A stretch of DNA of 64,000 nucleotides from Spirochaetota bacterium (lineage in GTDB: Bacteria; Spirochaetota; UBA4802; JAFGDQ01). The notes under the pieces are model-generated. The model did no database searches and had not been told where the DNA came from. It saw only the letters and a list, made by a program, of their open reading frames with translations. Both the position numbers and the translations under genes were made by a program. The stretch is from NCBI GenBank assembly GCA_043803405.1, contig JAZDKB010000044.1, positions 14,742 to 78,741 on the forward strand. Direction: 5' to 3'. This document shows positions 50,620-61,514 of the stretch, in pieces; position 1 is the first letter of the stretch, and each line of letters opens with the position of its first letter.

Positions 50620-51036
50620 ATGATTAAAACTCAACTCATGTATTATAAAAAATTTTTATTCTTTATTTATCTCGTATTAATTATATTAAGCATTTCATGC
50701 TTTGGAAAACCGCATATTGAATTCAATGAGGTTAAATACGATTTTGGTATTATTAGCCGAAATTCCGAATTTAAACATATTTTTCCTTTTAAAAATACGG
50801 GAACAACAACATTAACTATTGAAAATGTAAAAGCCGGATGAGGCTGCACTGGTGTCCTTCTTTCACAGAAGGATATCCCTGCCGGAGGCAATGGGGAAAT
50901 TGAAGTAACTTTAAAAACCGGTAATAAAGATGAGAAAATAAAAAAATCGATATATGTTTATACAAATGATGATAATAACAAAACTGTTGTTTTAAAAGTC
51001 GAAGGTATTATCACAGCAAAGAGGAAGACTATTTAA
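50620..51036 (+). CDS. DUF1573-like exported protein with in-frame TGA (putative selenocysteine, G-U-G-C)
   Basis: YDFG.I...H.F.FKNTG...L.I.NVKAG[TGA 50839-50841]GCTGVLLSQKDIPAGGNGEIEVTL...KKSIYVYTND; frame stays open to TAA 51036; 11-bp hairpin at 50851-50877; start could be 50638. Confidence 0.75.
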
Positions 51037-51375
51037 TTTATCTCGCCTAAACGTCTACTGTATTTTTAATATTATTATTAAATGACTAACATGTTTTATA
51101 CTAAAAAAATTATACTAAGCTTAATTTTATATTACGCTGGATTGCACCCGGCCTTAGGATGTATGCTGTTTAAATTGTAAAATGTTATAGTATAAAAAAT
51201 CATTTTATCTACCAACAAAAAGTTTGCAATATTTGATTAACACATATAATGTAATAACATCATTTTTAAATTTTTTTAATATTGAATCTATTAATTCTCT
51301 ATTTTATAAAATTATTTTTTTGTATCTGCTAATAGTAAAAATTTTTTTTAATAATTTGAACAGGAGATAATATCA

Positions 51376-53505
51376 TTGAAAATTCATAGAATTTTGCGAG
51401 GAACTCCCCTTCCTTTTGGAGTGAAACTACGCAAAGGAGGTGTAAATTTTTCAATATTGAGCAGAAACGCGAAATCTGTCAGTTTGATTCTTTTTAAATC
51501 CGCTCAACCTGATAGTGAATATGAAGAAATCTTTTTTGATCCTATAATAAATAAAACGGGCGATATTTGGCATATCTGGATAGAAAACATATGTGAGGGA
51601 CAACTTTACGGTTATAGGATTGATGGCCCTTATGATCCGGAAAACGGTTACAGATTCAACCGCAATAAATTACTAGTTGATCCGTATGCCAGAGCTGTAA
51701 CCGGTAATTTTCAGTGGGATCTTTCAGATGCAAGAGGATATGACCGAAACTCACCTTTAAGCGATTTATCATTTTCAGTAAAAGACAGCGCTCCCGGCGC
51801 TCCAAAATGTGTTATCATAGAAGAAGATTTTTATAATTTCGATAAACCAGTAAAAAAACCGCTTAAAGATACGATCATTTATGAAGTCCATGTAAAAGGA
51901 TTCACTTACCACGAATCTTCTAATATAGAGCATAAAGGCACATTTAAAGGAATAACTGAGAAGATACCCTATTTAAAGGAACTGGGGATAACTGCGATAG
52001 AATTAATGCCTATTCATGAGTTTGATGAAGATGAAAATAGAAATATAAATCCATTAACCGGAAAAAAACTTAAGAATTATTGGGGGTACAGTACAATTTC
52101 ATTTTTTGCCCCCAAAGGCAGGTATTCTTCCAGCGGTACAATGGGGGAGCAGTTTCGCGAATGCAGGGATATGATAAAAAAATTTCATGAGGCGGATATT
52201 GAAGTAATTCTGGATGTCGTGTTTAATCATACTGCTGAGCTTGACCATCTGGGACCTACATTATGTTTCAGGGGTATCGATAATTCCGTTTATTACATGC
52301 TTGAAGATTATAAAAGATATTATAAAAATTTTTCAGGCTGCGGCAATACCTTTAACTGTAACAATCCGATTGTCAGGGAATTTATTATCAATTGCCTTAA
52401 ATACTGGGTAATTGAAATGGATGTAGACGGATTCAGATTCGATCTAGCATCAATATTAGGTAGAGATATAGACGGAAATATTTTAAGTAATCCTCCTTTA
52501 CTGGAAAGAATAGAGGAAGATTCCATACTAAGGGATACCAAAATAATCGCTGAGGCATGGGACGCGGCCGGAGCTTATCAATTGGGAGATTTTCCAGGCA
52601 GATGGGCGGAATGGAATGGGAAATACAGGGACGATGTAAGGCGGTTTTGGCGTGGTGATGAAAACACAGTTGGATATTTTGCAACAAGGATTATGGGAAG
52701 TGCAGATCTGTATCAACGTAATAAGAAAAATCCGTTGCATAGTATAAATTTTATCTCCTGTCATGACGGTTTTACTTTAAATGATCTCGTCAGTTATAAT
52801 AATAAACATAATATAGAAAACGGCGAAAATAATATAGACGGCGAGAATTATAATAATAGTTTTAATTTTGGAATAGAAGGGCTATCTGAAGATCCGAAAA
52901 TTGAATTGTTTAGAAACAGACAAATTAAAAATTTTATCGCAACTCTTTTCCTTTCCCAGGGTGTACCTATGTTACTTGCAGGTGATGAGTTCAGACGCAC
53001 ACAGAAAGGAAACAATAACGCTTATTGCCAGGATAATGAGATATCATGGATTAACTGGTCTTTACTGAACTTGCACAAAGACATTTTTAGATTTACCAGT
53101 GAAATAATTAAATTTCGAAAACAACATCCAATTTTGCGAAAAGATTCATTTTTTACAGGAATAGCTATTAATGAAGATTCTATGCCGGATATAACATGGC
53201 ATGGTTATATAAAAAATAAACCTGACTGGAATATCGATTCACATTGTATTGCATGTTTATTAAATGGAGAATATGCAAAGCAAAATAATTTAAGCAAAGA
53301 CAATGATATTTATATAGCATTTAACGCATCAAAAGAAGCAATTTGTTTTGAAATCCCTGATAGCCCTTCAAATACAGAATGGCTCCTTGCTATAGATACT
53401 TCAAAACCTTCTCCATACGATATTTTATGCAATGGCCGTGAAATACAGTTAAATAACGACAGATATTTGGTTGAATCATTATCTACAATAGTTTTGATCT
53501 CCTAA
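51376..53505 (+). CDS. glgX: Glycogen debranching enzyme/isoamylase (GH13)
   Basis: IIYEVHVKGFT, NYWGYST..FFAP, DVVFNHT, DGFRFDLAS, AEAWD, HDGFTL.DLVSYN.KHN; TTG start. Confidence 0.96.
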   Translation: MKIHRILRGTPLPFGVKLRKGGVNFSILSRNAKSVSLILFKSAQPDSEYEEIFFDPIINKTGDIWHIWIENICEGQLYGYRIDGPYDPENGYRFNRNKLLVDPYARAVTGNFQWDLSDARGYDRNSPLSDLSFSVKDSAPGAPKCVIIEEDFYNFDKPVKKPLKDTIIYEVHVKGFTYHESSNIEHKGTFKGITEKIPYLKELGITAIELMPIHEFDEDENRNINPLTGKKLKNYWGYSTISFFAPKGRYSSSGTMGEQFRECRDMIKKFHEADIEVILDVVFNHTAELDHLGPTLCFRGIDNSVYYMLEDYKRYYKNFSGCGNTFNCNNPIVREFIINCLKYWVIEMDVDGFRFDLASILGRDIDGNILSNPPLLERIEEDSILRDTKIIAEAWDAAGAYQLGDFPGRWAEWNGKYRDDVRRFWRGDENTVGYFATRIMGSADLYQRNKKNPLHSINFISCHDGFTLNDLVSYNNKHNIENGENNIDGENYNNSFNFGIEGLSEDPKIELFRNRQIKNFIATLFLSQGVPMLLAGDEFRRTQKGNNNAYCQDNEISWINWSLLNLHKDIFRFTSEIIKFRKQHPILRKDSFFTGIAINEDSMPDITWHGYIKNKPDWNIDSHCIACLLNGEYAKQNNLSKDNDIYIAFNASKEAICFEIPDSPSNTEWLLAIDTSKPSPYDILCNGREIQLNNDRYLVESLSTIVLIS

Positions 53506-53714
53506 TTTAGATATATTTTAATAAATTAAAAATTAAAATATATTGATACATCGTCATAATATTATAATAATCAAATTTTTTTTAAAGTTAATAAAAAATT
53601 TATAAAACATTAATAATTTGTTACATTAATTCGGTATTGAATAATATTATTGTTGACATAATAATATTTGTATGTAATGTTTTGTTAAAATCTGATGAAT
53701 GATGGTATAATAGT

Positions 53715-53999
53715 ATGAATAATATTATTACTGAAGTTAGAGTTTTTCCAAAAGACAATCTTGGTAAGACTTTAGGATTTGCAAACATCACATTGATGGA
53801 CAAATTCGTTGTTAAAAATTTACGCATCGTTCAGGGGGAAAGAGGAATTTTTATAGGGATGCCTTCAAACAAGAGAAAAAACGGAGATTTTATTGACTTA
53901 TTTTTTCCTATAACGCAGGAAGCGCGCGAGGAAATCACATCTGCAATTATTAAAAAATATCAAGAATCTGTCCGATTTAATGTGCAGGTAGGCTTATAA
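53715..53999 (+). CDS. spoVG: SpoVG-family nucleic acid-binding protein
   Basis: IT.VRV, A.IT....FVV..LRI..G..G.F..MPS.K...G.F.D..FPIT.E.R. Confidence 0.92.
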   Translation: MNNIITEVRVFPKDNLGKTLGFANITLMDKFVVKNLRIVQGERGIFIGMPSNKRKNGDFIDLFFPITQEAREEITSAIIKKYQESVRFNVQVGL

Positions 54000-54452
54000 T
54001 CGCTTTTCAATTTATTCCCCAATTTATGGCATGTACTTAATATTTTAATTAGCCCTTATTTATAACGCATTATTGAAACTAAGGGGTTAATATTCTTATT
54101 TTTTATGCATTATTACAATTAATTCCTATAAATACTATAAAAATATTATATTATTTGTATATTTAATCACTGTCGATAATCTGAAAAAATATTCATTCTG
54201 GACTATTATCCTTATTATTAGACTTTGTGTCTAATATTTTTTATAATTTAATTATCGATTCAAAAAATAACTACATTTTTAAATATTTCTTCTTCGTCTT
54301 TAATATTACCTGTTCGCAAATTTAATTCTAATGAATTGTAATTTTTTTTAGAAATACTCTTAAAAATTATATATTGACTGTTAAATGAATAATTTGTTAA
54401 AATTTAATAATTTTAAATTGGTAATTTAAGCCTCGCTTTTGATTAAGTAAAT

Positions 54453-55556
54453 ATGAGTAATAAATCGATTTTAATAATGTGCTCTGTCAGATGGTATAAC
54501 GCATCTGCTCATTATGCATTAACTCTGGCACTGAGTCTGAGAAAATCTGGTTTAAACGTAATTTTATTCGGTTTACCTGGAAGCCCTTTCTTAAGCAAAG
54601 CAAAAGAATATAGATTTAATTTAATTGAAAATATCGGATTAATGAATCAAGGAATTGTTCAATATATTATAAATTTATACAAATTTCGAAAACTAATAAT
54701 TAAAAAGAAAATAGATCTTTTAAATCCTTATATTTCGAGGGATCATTTTTTTGCCTATCTGTCGCTTTTCGGAAAGAACAAAAATATTGTTCGCACCAGA
54801 ACTGACAGCAAAATACCTAAGAGCAACATTTTTAATAAAATCTTTTACAGGATATCATCCGGTAATTATATTGTGTCCTCTAAATATATGATTTCACATA
54901 TTACTGCCATGGGATTACCGGAGAATCGAATAACTGTTATTCCTTTAGAACTGAATTATAAAGATTATTCGACTTATAAATCCAAAAAAAATCTTAAATA
55001 TGAATTAGGTATTAATAAAGTTAAAAAAGTCGTATCATTTGTCGGCAGACTGGATAGAATAAAAGGTGTTGAATATTTTATAAAAAGCTTTAGTTATTTA
55101 AAAAATAAAAACAAATTCCATTATATCGTTTCAGGTGAGGAAATAAATCTTTTTATTGATGAACTTAAGGATTTAGCTTCAAGCTTGAAAATTAATAGCA
55201 TTTCATTTATCGGCAAAGCAGATGATGCAAGGGATATTTTAAAAATTACTGATATCGGTGTTGTCCCTTCGATCGGATCGGAAGCAATTTGCAGAATTGG
55301 TCTTGAGATGTTGGCATTCGGGATACCTATTGTCGGAAGTAATATAAATTCTATTCCTGAGCTGATAAATGAATACGGTGGCAGAGTTGTAAGTCCGGGT
55401 TCTCCATTAGAAATAGCAAATGCTTTAGAATATCTTGCAGTACCTGAAAATTACAGAAATATACAAAATCAAATTAAACAGGCATTTCAAAAAAAGCAGC
55501 CTGATCAATTTGTTTTGTCACACGTAGATATTTTTTTAAAAGAGTTAAACAAGTAA
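54453..55556 (+). CDS. GT4-family glycosyltransferase
   Basis: FVGRL..IKG, V.PS..SE......LE.LA.G.P.V.S....IPE. Confidence 0.9.
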   Translation: MSNKSILIMCSVRWYNASAHYALTLALSLRKSGLNVILFGLPGSPFLSKAKEYRFNLIENIGLMNQGIVQYIINLYKFRKLIIKKKIDLLNPYISRDHFFAYLSLFGKNKNIVRTRTDSKIPKSNIFNKIFYRISSGNYIVSSKYMISHITAMGLPENRITVIPLELNYKDYSTYKSKKNLKYELGINKVKKVVSFVGRLDRIKGVEYFIKSFSYLKNKNKFHYIVSGEEINLFIDELKDLASSLKINSISFIGKADDARDILKITDIGVVPSIGSEAICRIGLEMLAFGIPIVGSNINSIPELINEYGGRVVSPGSPLEIANALEYLAVPENYRNIQNQIKQAFQKKQPDQFVLSHVDIFLKELNK

Positions 55557-55735
55557 GAATTACCTTTCTATAAAAATAACCTAATGCAATAAAAAAGATT
55601 TGAAATGTTTAAACCGCAAAGAAATGACTTATTGTAATAATCAGATTGTTTCTCTTGACCTTATGATACACAGCTTAGAAGTTATTAATTATCGTTTTGA
55701 GATGAGTTGAATTATTTTTGTCTTTAGGAGGCGTT

Positions 55736-55972
55736 ATGAATATTTTTATTGAATATTGTAATGCATGAAACTATTTACCTCATGCTACCCGTGTGGGAGT
55801 GGAACTTAGGACAAAGTTTCCTGATGCAAATATTAAATTGATCGAAGGCAGCGGCGGTATATTCAATGTTAAGTACAACGACAAACTTATTTATTCCAAA
55901 CAAAGTATTGAGCAACAACGATTTCCAGATAATGGGGAAATTACCAAGCTGATAGAAAAAGAGATAGGTTGA
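55736..55972 (+). CDS. SelW/SelT/SelH (Rdx)-family selenoprotein, CxxU
   Basis: RBS aggagg; MNIFIEYCNA[TGA 55766-55768]NYLPHATRV..GSGGIFNV...LIYSK..RFP..GEI; missing from the ORF track. Confidence 0.9.
55784..55800 (+). promoter_or_regulatory. Candidate bacterial SECIS element
   Basis: gct-a(bulge)-ccc-GTGT-ggg-agt hairpin; loop G 23 nt after the UGA. Confidence 0.6.
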
Positions 55973-56079
55973 TATTTAACAGGAAATTAGTGGGTTTGAA
56001 ATAACTTTGATTTATTAAATTCATAAATAAATTTAATCTGAAAAGTTATGGATGATTTTTGTTTTCAGGAATAATTTTT

Positions 56080-56880
56080 ATGAAGCAACTCGATATCGCT
56101 TTTTCGCCTTGCCCTAATGATACTATTATTTTTCATGCAATGCTTCACGGTCTGGTAGATACGCGAGGGTTAAAGTTTATTCAGTATATTTATGACGTGG
56201 AAACATTAAACGAAAAAGCATTTGCAGGCAAATTCCGTGTAACCAAGATGTCTTTTGCCGCGTATCTGAGGTTAACAGATATATACGATATACTGGATTC
56301 GGGGGCTGCTCTTGGTTATGGCTGTGGCCCCCTCGTTGTTGCCCGAAACTCCGGGATCGACCTACACTCTGCTACGATTGCTGTGCCCGGGCAAAATACA
56401 ACCGCCAATCTGCTTTTCAGGCTCCGGTATCCGGAAGTTAAGAATATCGAGTACACAAGGTTTGATAATATCATGGACGGAGTGCGGAACGGCAGGTATG
56501 ATGCAGGCGTGATAATACACGAGGGACGTTTCATTTACTCTGATTATAATCTTGTAAAGATAATAGATCTGGGCGAATGGTGGGAACAGGAAACCGGCAT
56601 GCCAATCCCTCTTGGATGTATCGCTATCAAAAAGGATGAGGAAACAATTTTGCATAAGCACGATGTTGAATCAATCATCAGAGAATCGCTTAGCTTCGGT
56701 CTAAGTAACCGACAGGCATCCCGTAAGTTCATAAAGTCACATGCCCAGGAAATGGATGATACTGTTATAGACAGCCATATTAATCTATATGTAAACGAGT
56801 TTTCGCTTTCGCTTGGAGAGAAGGGCAGGGAAGCAATTCGTGTTCTTAACGAGATGGTTAAGAAGAGACAAGCAATATAA
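56080..56880 (+). CDS. mqnD: 1,4-dihydroxy-6-naphthoate synthase (futalosine menaquinone pathway)
   Basis: FSPCPNDT..F.A, DVE.LN, SG.ALG.G.GP, PG..TTA.LL, IHEGRF.Y, DLG.WWE..TG.PIPLG, HI.LYVN. Confidence 0.93.
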   Translation: MKQLDIAFSPCPNDTIIFHAMLHGLVDTRGLKFIQYIYDVETLNEKAFAGKFRVTKMSFAAYLRLTDIYDILDSGAALGYGCGPLVVARNSGIDLHSATIAVPGQNTTANLLFRLRYPEVKNIEYTRFDNIMDGVRNGRYDAGVIIHEGRFIYSDYNLVKIIDLGEWWEQETGMPIPLGCIAIKKDEETILHKHDVESIIRESLSFGLSNRQASRKFIKSHAQEMDDTVIDSHINLYVNEFSLSLGEKGREAIRVLNEMVKKRQAI

Positions 56881-56968
56881 TATAGAATGCTTTCGAAAAT
56901 GCATATTTAACTATTTTATTTATCGAGGCATTGGTTTTTGGATATTTTATAAATCTAGCTAAACAATT

Positions 56969-57622
56969 ATGAATTTTAATTATAAACATATAATATGGGA
57001 CTGGAACGGTACACTTATAGACGACGCATGGCTGTGCCTGGAAATAATAAACGGACTTTTACGCAGAAGAAATATGCGCGAAATCAACATTACAGATTAC
57101 CAGGAACTATTTAATTTTCCGGTCATTAATTTTTATGAAAAGATTGGCTTTAATTTTTCAAAGGAGCCGTTCAAAATACCTGCTGCGGAATACATAGAAG
57201 CGTATAATAGCCGGAGATTCGGGTGCAAACTGCATCAAGGCGTTTTGGAAGCACTTTCTCTTTTTAAAGAATCAGGCATAACACATTCGGTACTGTCGGC
57301 TTCCAAGCAAAGCTCTCTTGAAGAAGCTATTAAGTATTATTCTCTTCAGCCATATTTTACGAATGTCTGCGGGTTGAATGATCATTATGCTCACAGTAAA
57401 ATTGAGATCGGCAGAAATCATCTGCTGGAGCTTGAAATTTCAGGAGAACAGGTCGTGATTATCGGCGATACTACTCATGATTACGAAGTTGCAAAATCAT
57501 TGGGAATTGACTGCATCCTTGTTAACGGCGGGCATCATAGCAGAAAAAAGCTTGAACAATGCAGCGTCCGTGTGTTAAATTCAATATCTGAACTAAAAAG
57601 CATTACACTCATATCCGTCTGA
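56969..57622 (+). CDS. HAD-family hydrolase (phosphoglycolate phosphatase-like)
   Basis: IIWDWNGTL.DD, IGDT.HD.EVA. Confidence 0.9.
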   Translation: MNFNYKHIIWDWNGTLIDDAWLCLEIINGLLRRRNMREINITDYQELFNFPVINFYEKIGFNFSKEPFKIPAAEYIEAYNSRRFGCKLHQGVLEALSLFKESGITHSVLSASKQSSLEEAIKYYSLQPYFTNVCGLNDHYAHSKIEIGRNHLLELEISGEQVVIIGDTTHDYEVAKSLGIDCILVNGGHHSRKKLEQCSVRVLNSISELKSITLISV

Positions 57623-57634
57623 CCTGTTGAACCA

Positions 57635-60052
57635 ATGAAGATCACTCATCTTGTCAATAAATTTATTAGACAAAGGATTCTCTTTGTAATTGCCGGGATG
57701 TCCCTGCTTTCTTTTATATTGCTTCTTTTGTTCTATTCTTTGTTTTTAATTCTACCTTCCTTATTTATCAATGCAGGTTTAATTTCCCCTATACCTTTGC
57801 TCGTTATATTTATACTTTCTATGGTTATCCCTTTTGTTTTGTATTCGTATCAAAAGCCTTTTTTTGGAAAGTCATTTTTAAAAGATATTATTCTGTCGCC
57901 CTATAATTCGGGAGATGTAAAATCCGCCATGGAGCTCGAAAGGGGCAGCAGCTTTCCGTCGATTAAAGAAAATATTCAGATTGATGATAAAAATATATCC
58001 GCTGAACTGACTGAACAATTTAACGAAAAAATTATTAAACATTTAAAGCCCGAAAATAAATTATTCAGCGGGATCATGCCCGGTATTTATAGAAAAGCAT
58101 TTTGTATTATTATAGTACTTATATCTTCAGCACTCTCATTTTTTAAAAACGAGCTCGTTTCCGATGTTTACTTCGCGCTCAGAACCGGTCTTCCTGTAGA
58201 ACTCATTGCTCTCGATTCCCCGATTAAATTTCGGTCCCTTGAAGCAGGTATAATTCCTCCGGCATACATTGAATCCGGTGTTTCAGAGACTGTCGACTTG
58301 AATATCAGAAATAAAATTAAAGTAATCCAGGGTTCAGTCATTTTTGTAAAAGGAAATGTGATGAATATAGAATCCGGCAGACTGATTCTGTCTGCCGGTA
58401 AAGGTGTAGAGTACTTTACAGTGACTGTTTCCGAAGGAAACAGATTTGAAGTGTCGTTTCTTGCTCCAATGAAAGGCGCGTTTGCGCTGGAAATTGCTTT
58501 TTCACAACCGGTAGAGGGAAAGCTTTTCGGGAAAAGTAAAGTGTTTATGATTGAAGCATTGCCCGACCGGTCACCATCAATAAAGATTTATTCACCGCCT
58601 GTGCATCATAATGTGCTTTTCGGAAATCCTGTTGAGATCAATTATTCCGCATCAGATGATTACGGGATACTCGAGATTTTTCTTTATCACAGGAACCCTG
58701 AAGCCGGACCTGAATATTTTAAAGAAATAGTTGCAAGGTTCCCAAAAGAAGCAAAGACGAACTATTCGGCAGGATATGTATGGAATCCTGTTTTGCGCGA
58801 AGGGGAAAAGATAGACGAACTTGTTTACGATCAGGGCACAGAATCGGTTGAGTATTATCTGGAGGTCAGGGACATTAATGTCTTTTCCTCCGGGGGTACC
58901 GCCAGGAGTGAATCAAGATACTTACATTTTACTGATGCATTCTCCGAAATAAAAAACGCGATAAATATTATAGAGGAATTAATAACTAAAGGAAAGAAGC
59001 TGCTGAAATCGCCTGAAAATAAAAGTACGATCGCAGAATACAAAGGCAAATTAAGCAAAGCTGTTGACTTGTTCAGTAAAGATTTAAACGAAGTATTGCC
59101 GCAAAGTTCGCTTTTGCAAAAAACAAATGATATGCTGAACTCATTATATATCGATAATAGCCAAAAGCTAAAAGAGTCACTTAAAAGCTACATCGCATTT
59201 CTTGAGAGATATCTTATATTTATTAATTTAATGATTGAGACCGAGCGCGCCGGTTCAATCGACAAAGAACAATCAAGGATTGATGATGCAGGAGCAGATT
59301 TAAAAGCTTCACTTAACAGGATAAACCGCCAGTCCGCGGACCTGCTGGAAAAGGAATTTAAACGCGAATTACAGGAAATAGAAGACCTGATTAAGAAAGG
59401 AGATCGTGCCGGAGCTCAGAAGAAAATAATAGAACTACTTGCAAAGATGAAGAAAAAGATGTCCGAGAACCTGGCAAAATCAACGGCAATGTCAAAGAAG
59501 ATCGCTGCTGAAGTGAAGGAAAAGCTTGAGAAGATTTCCAGAAAAGCCCGCAAGGTTTTACAGGCTCAGGAAGCCAACAAAATTAATACAGAAAAAGGAA
59601 GGCTTAAGGCTGCCTATATAAAACAAAAAGAAATTAATGAAAGGCTGTCCGCTCTGGGCAGCGAGACTCAAAAACTGAGCTCGGAATATCCTTTTATTAT
59701 GTATACACTTAATTCGCATGCAGGGTCGGCAAGGCTTTTCAGTGAGAAAGCCATTGAGACTCTCGAAAAGAATCAGCAGAATAAATCATCACAGAACCAG
59801 GCAAGGGTCATTGAGTATCTTAAAGGATTGCTGGAAGCTTCCACGCAGCAGGGCAAGCTGATGGACGAACTGGCGGCCGGGAACTTTGAAAGCGTTATGC
59901 AGCGAGGTTTTGCGAACCGTTTTGTGCTTATTCCGAAAGAGGCAATTTATACTATCCCTATAGATTATAAAAATAAGATCATCGAATTAAGCAAGGACAG
60001 AAGCAAAAGCACAAAAGAGAAAGAAGCATTCTGGAAGGATATTTTAGAGTAA
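57635..60052 (+). CDS. Large membrane protein with Ig-like and coiled-coil regions (DUF4175-like)
   Basis: 3 N-terminal TMs, PPAY, PD..P.I.I..P, ASDDYGI..I.L, long helical C-terminus. Confidence 0.65.
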   Translation: MKITHLVNKFIRQRILFVIAGMSLLSFILLLLFYSLFLILPSLFINAGLISPIPLLVIFILSMVIPFVLYSYQKPFFGKSFLKDIILSPYNSGDVKSAMELERGSSFPSIKENIQIDDKNISAELTEQFNEKIIKHLKPENKLFSGIMPGIYRKAFCIIIVLISSALSFFKNELVSDVYFALRTGLPVELIALDSPIKFRSLEAGIIPPAYIESGVSETVDLNIRNKIKVIQGSVIFVKGNVMNIESGRLILSAGKGVEYFTVTVSEGNRFEVSFLAPMKGAFALEIAFSQPVEGKLFGKSKVFMIEALPDRSPSIKIYSPPVHHNVLFGNPVEINYSASDDYGILEIFLYHRNPEAGPEYFKEIVARFPKEAKTNYSAGYVWNPVLREGEKIDELVYDQGTESVEYYLEVRDINVFSSGGTARSESRYLHFTDAFSEIKNAINIIEELITKGKKLLKSPENKSTIAEYKGKLSKAVDLFSKDLNEVLPQSSLLQKTNDMLNSLYIDNSQKLKESLKSYIAFLERYLIFINLMIETERAGSIDKEQSRIDDAGADLKASLNRINRQSADLLEKEFKRELQEIEDLIKKGDRAGAQKKIIELLAKMKKKMSENLAKSTAMSKKIAAEVKEKLEKISRKARKVLQAQEANKINTEKGRLKAAYIKQKEINERLSALGSETQKLSSEYPFIMYTLNSHAGSARLFSEKAIETLEKNQQNKSSQNQARVIEYLKGLLEASTQQGKLMDELAAGNFESVMQRGFANRFVLIPKEAIYTIPIDYKNKIIELSKDRSKSTKEKEAFWKDILE

Positions 60053-60069
60053 GGTTATTTTTAATTGTT

Positions 60070-60192
60070 ATATTAGACTTGTTGCGAATCTAAAGTGTCA
60101 TTTCGACCAAGGGGAGAAATCTACTTTCGGCAATTAAGGGATTTCTCGTCGCTACGCTCCTCGAAATGACAGTTCCGTAACAAGTCTAATAT
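60070..60192. mobile_element. MITE/REP-like palindromic element between convergent genes
   Basis: Outer IR atattagacttgttgcg / cgtaacaagtctaatat; inner tgtcatttcga...tcgaaatgaca and gagaaatc / gatttctc. Confidence 0.75.
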
Positions 60193-60225
60193 TAATGTTC
60201 AACAAGTATATAATTCGAAACAGTT

Positions 60226-61335
60226 TTATCTGCTCAGTATCTCACTAAGAAGTATTTGTTCGCCAAGCGGCTTTGCGAGTATTTTTATCCGTGACTTTAT
60301 ATCATTTATTTCAGGCCCCCTGAATTCAGTATCCCTTGTAATGCTGATTATCCCAAACAGGACGTTTTTAAATAATACGGGGATAGTAACCTTCCTGCCC
60401 TTGCCCTGCATAATTATGGATGAGTTCTTTAATTCATCCATGAGTTCCCGATTCAGGTTTATCACGTTTAGTTCTGCATTGTCAATCTTGATAAGCACAT
60501 TCCCGTTAAGCTCAAAAGTCTTGTTTAGCTTTGAATTCGCCTCATCAAGCAAATATAGCGAGACCGAGTCCGAATTGTATTCTCTTGATATATATTCGAA
60601 TGCTTCATAAACAAAGCCGCTTAGAGCATCGAGATTAGGTCTTATGCCATCCGCTTTTTCCGGTTCCGATTTTTCTTTAGCTTTAATAATTACATTTTCC
60701 TGTTTTTTTTGTTTCCCGGGTTTTCGCTCTGTTTTGCTAAATATGTTTTTTTTGTCATTAAGTTGTTTTGACTTCTTTTTATTTATTTTAATAAAAACCA
60801 TTGCAGTTATTATAATCGAAAAAACCGCAATTAAAAATATTTCCAGTATAAGCTGGATGATAAGTTTCATACCTAGTTTATAGGGAAAAAGGATAAGAAG
60901 CTTCCCGCCGGTTATATTCCTTGGAAAAATATAGAATCTGTCCTGTTCATAATATCGAATTAAAAAATCATTATTTTTAAATATTTTAAATTCATCTGTT
61001 ACAAAGCTGTCAATAATGGAATCGAATGCCGTATTTGATTTAATTGCTTTATCATCTTTGCCAGCTTTTAAGATTTTATTTTTCTTATCTGCAACAGCAA
61101 TTAAAGCAACAGGATACTTCTCCTTGATTATGCTGTAAAATTTAGTCAGGTCTTTGTTCTGCAATTTTTTTTCTTTTTCAAAGCTGCTTAGTGAAATGAC
61201 TATTTTTTCCGCCGAAGCAGTTATCGATTTGATGTATTGCTGTTCCATCAATCCTGTTCTTATAGGAACATAAATAAATATAATTATTAAAGTAACAATG
61301 GAACTGGCAATTATGTTTCTTTTTTTATTTGTCAT
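60226..61335 (-). CDS. Hypothetical 2-TM protein with a C-terminal GAF-like region
   Basis: TM-periplasmic-TM, Lys-rich linker, SVSLYL.D and IPV.....LFGII.I. Confidence 0.6.
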   Translation of the reverse strand: MTNKKRNIIASSIVTLIIIFIYVPIRTGLMEQQYIKSITASAEKIVISLSSFEKEKKLQNKDLTKFYSIIKEKYPVALIAVADKKNKILKAGKDDKAIKSNTAFDSIIDSFVTDEFKIFKNNDFLIRYYEQDRFYIFPRNITGGKLLILFPYKLGMKLIIQLILEIFLIAVFSIIITAMVFIKINKKKSKQLNDKKNIFSKTERKPGKQKKQENVIIKAKEKSEPEKADGIRPNLDALSGFVYEAFEYISREYNSDSVSLYLLDEANSKLNKTFELNGNVLIKIDNAELNVINLNRELMDELKNSSIIMQGKGRKVTIPVLFKNVLFGIISITRDTEFRGPEINDIKSRIKILAKPLGEQILLSEILSR

Positions 61336-61463
61336 GCTTAAATACCATCTTGAAAAAATAAGATAATACTCATTTATAATTTTGCGGAAGATGTCTATGT
61401 ATTATGGTCGGCAAAAAAGGTGATTTATAATATAAATTTATCTTGTTTTATAAGGTTATGCCA

Positions 61464-61506
61464 ATCTGAGAAGCAATAGCCCAACAAGCTGACTTGCTTC
61501 TCAGAT
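61464..61506. terminator. Hairpin immediately downstream of the MCP gene
   Basis: atctgagaagcaa-N17-ttgcttctcagat. Confidence 0.5.
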
Positions 61507-61514
61507 ATTATCTT

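Noticed and set aside
50839..55768. Alternative genetic code (TGA = Trp/Gly) as the explanation for in-frame TGAs
   Set aside because: TGA ends many genes at expected positions (relE, nuoA, nuoD, nuoH, nuoM), conserved Trp uses TGG, and both TGAs fall at Cys/Sec motif positions
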